Positions 26,964 through 27,323 of a DNA stretch of 27,323 nt are shown one piece after another (position 1 is the stretch's first letter; each line of letters starts with the position of its first letter). The notes beneath the pieces are model-generated. The model did not search any database. It was given only the letters and a program-made list of their open reading frames with translations, and had not been told where the DNA came from. A program made the position numbers and the translations under genes. This stretch comes from an uncultured Aquificales bacterium (GTDB lineage Bacteria; Thermosulfidibacterota; Thermosulfidibacteria; Thermosulfidibacterales; Thermosulfidibacteraceae), in assembly GCA_964453345.1 (NCBI GenBank), contig CAYVOC010000002.1, positions 1-27,323 of the forward strand. Reading direction: 5' to 3'.

Positions 26964-27323
26964 AACTAAGAATACTGCACACCAACATGCACAGAGGCGG
27001 TTGGGGAGGCCAGCCCAACAGAATACTGCTTCTGTGTAAGGGACTGAAGGAAAGGGGTCACCACGTTGTAATAGCCGCTCCTAAGGGCGCAACCCTCATA
27101 GAAAGAGCAAAAGAGGAAGGTATCCCCACCTACGACGACCTGGAGTTTCCCAAAAAGTTCAAGCCCCATGTGATCCTGTCGGAAATCATAAAGCTGAAAA
27201 GGCTGATTGAGAAAGAAGACATCCAGATAGTCCACACCCACGGCTCCCAGGACACCTGGGCCGCAACCATAGCCGCCAAGCTTGCAAGAAACAGACCCAT
27301 AGTCATAAGAACCCGTCACAACA
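26960..27323 (+). CDS. Glycosyltransferase family 4 (GT-B), partial, runs off the right edge
   Basis: Hand translation: MKLRILHTNMHRGGWGGQPNRILLLCKGLKERGHHVVIAAP...IQIVHTHGSQDTW...VIRTRHN. GGAGG SD and ATGA overlap with the upstream gene. Not in the ORF track. Confidence 0.88.
   Translation, partial: MKLRILHTNMHRGGWGGQPNRILLLCKGLKERGHHVVIAAPKGATLIERAKEEGIPTYDDLEFPKKFKPHVILSEIIKLKRLIEKEDIQIVHTHGSQDTWAATIAAKLARNRPIVIRTRHN

Noticed and set aside
26966-27319. 117-aa minus-strand ORF
   Set aside because: It is antisense to the partial GT4 gene starting at 26960.
1-27323. CRISPR arrays, IS elements, prophage genes, rRNA and long repeats
   Set aside because: None was seen by eye. Intergenic gaps are all under 150 nt, leaving no room for an array; short dispersed repeats could have been missed.

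Overview
This is a gene-dense chromosomal window from a diderm, probably anaerobic bacterium. The class III cytochrome c, the pilB-pilT pair and the argH-lipoprotein-lysA-dapF-dapA-dapB order resemble Deltaproteobacteria-like lineages; the taxon is inferred, not shown. In window order: (1) an AT-rich vapBC-type toxin-antitoxin pair at the left edge, missed by the ORF track; (2) a tightly packed minus-strand run pilB-pilT-argH-FN3 lipoprotein-lysA-dapF-dapA-dapB-divergent gltX-thiolase, downstream of a tRNA(CAT); (3) a 7-kb minus-strand B12-dependent acyl-CoA cassette encoding acyl-CoA dehydrogenase, cobalamin adenosyltransferase, mutase large subunit, CoA-transferase-fold alpha and beta subunits, mutase B12-binding subunit, a crotonase-fold protein and MeaB; (4) an FmdB zinc-ribbon protein, a HupE/UreJ transporter, a LOG-family protein and a lipoprotein; (5) dnaG-rpoD, a tetrahaem cytochrome c3, a degenerate YyaL-like protein and a partial GT4 glycosyltransferase. 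The B12 cassette is the best candidate for an undescribed system. Its mutase has the isobutyryl-CoA-type Phe/Gln pocket rather than the methylmalonyl-CoA Tyr/Arg pocket. Its CoA-transferase-fold pair and its crotonase both lack their canonical catalytic glutamates. Together these suggest an uncharacterised pathway for branched short-chain acyl-CoAs. No CRISPR array, IS element, integrase or rRNA was seen. All family assignments and residue equivalences were made by eye from remembered reference motifs; no searches were run.
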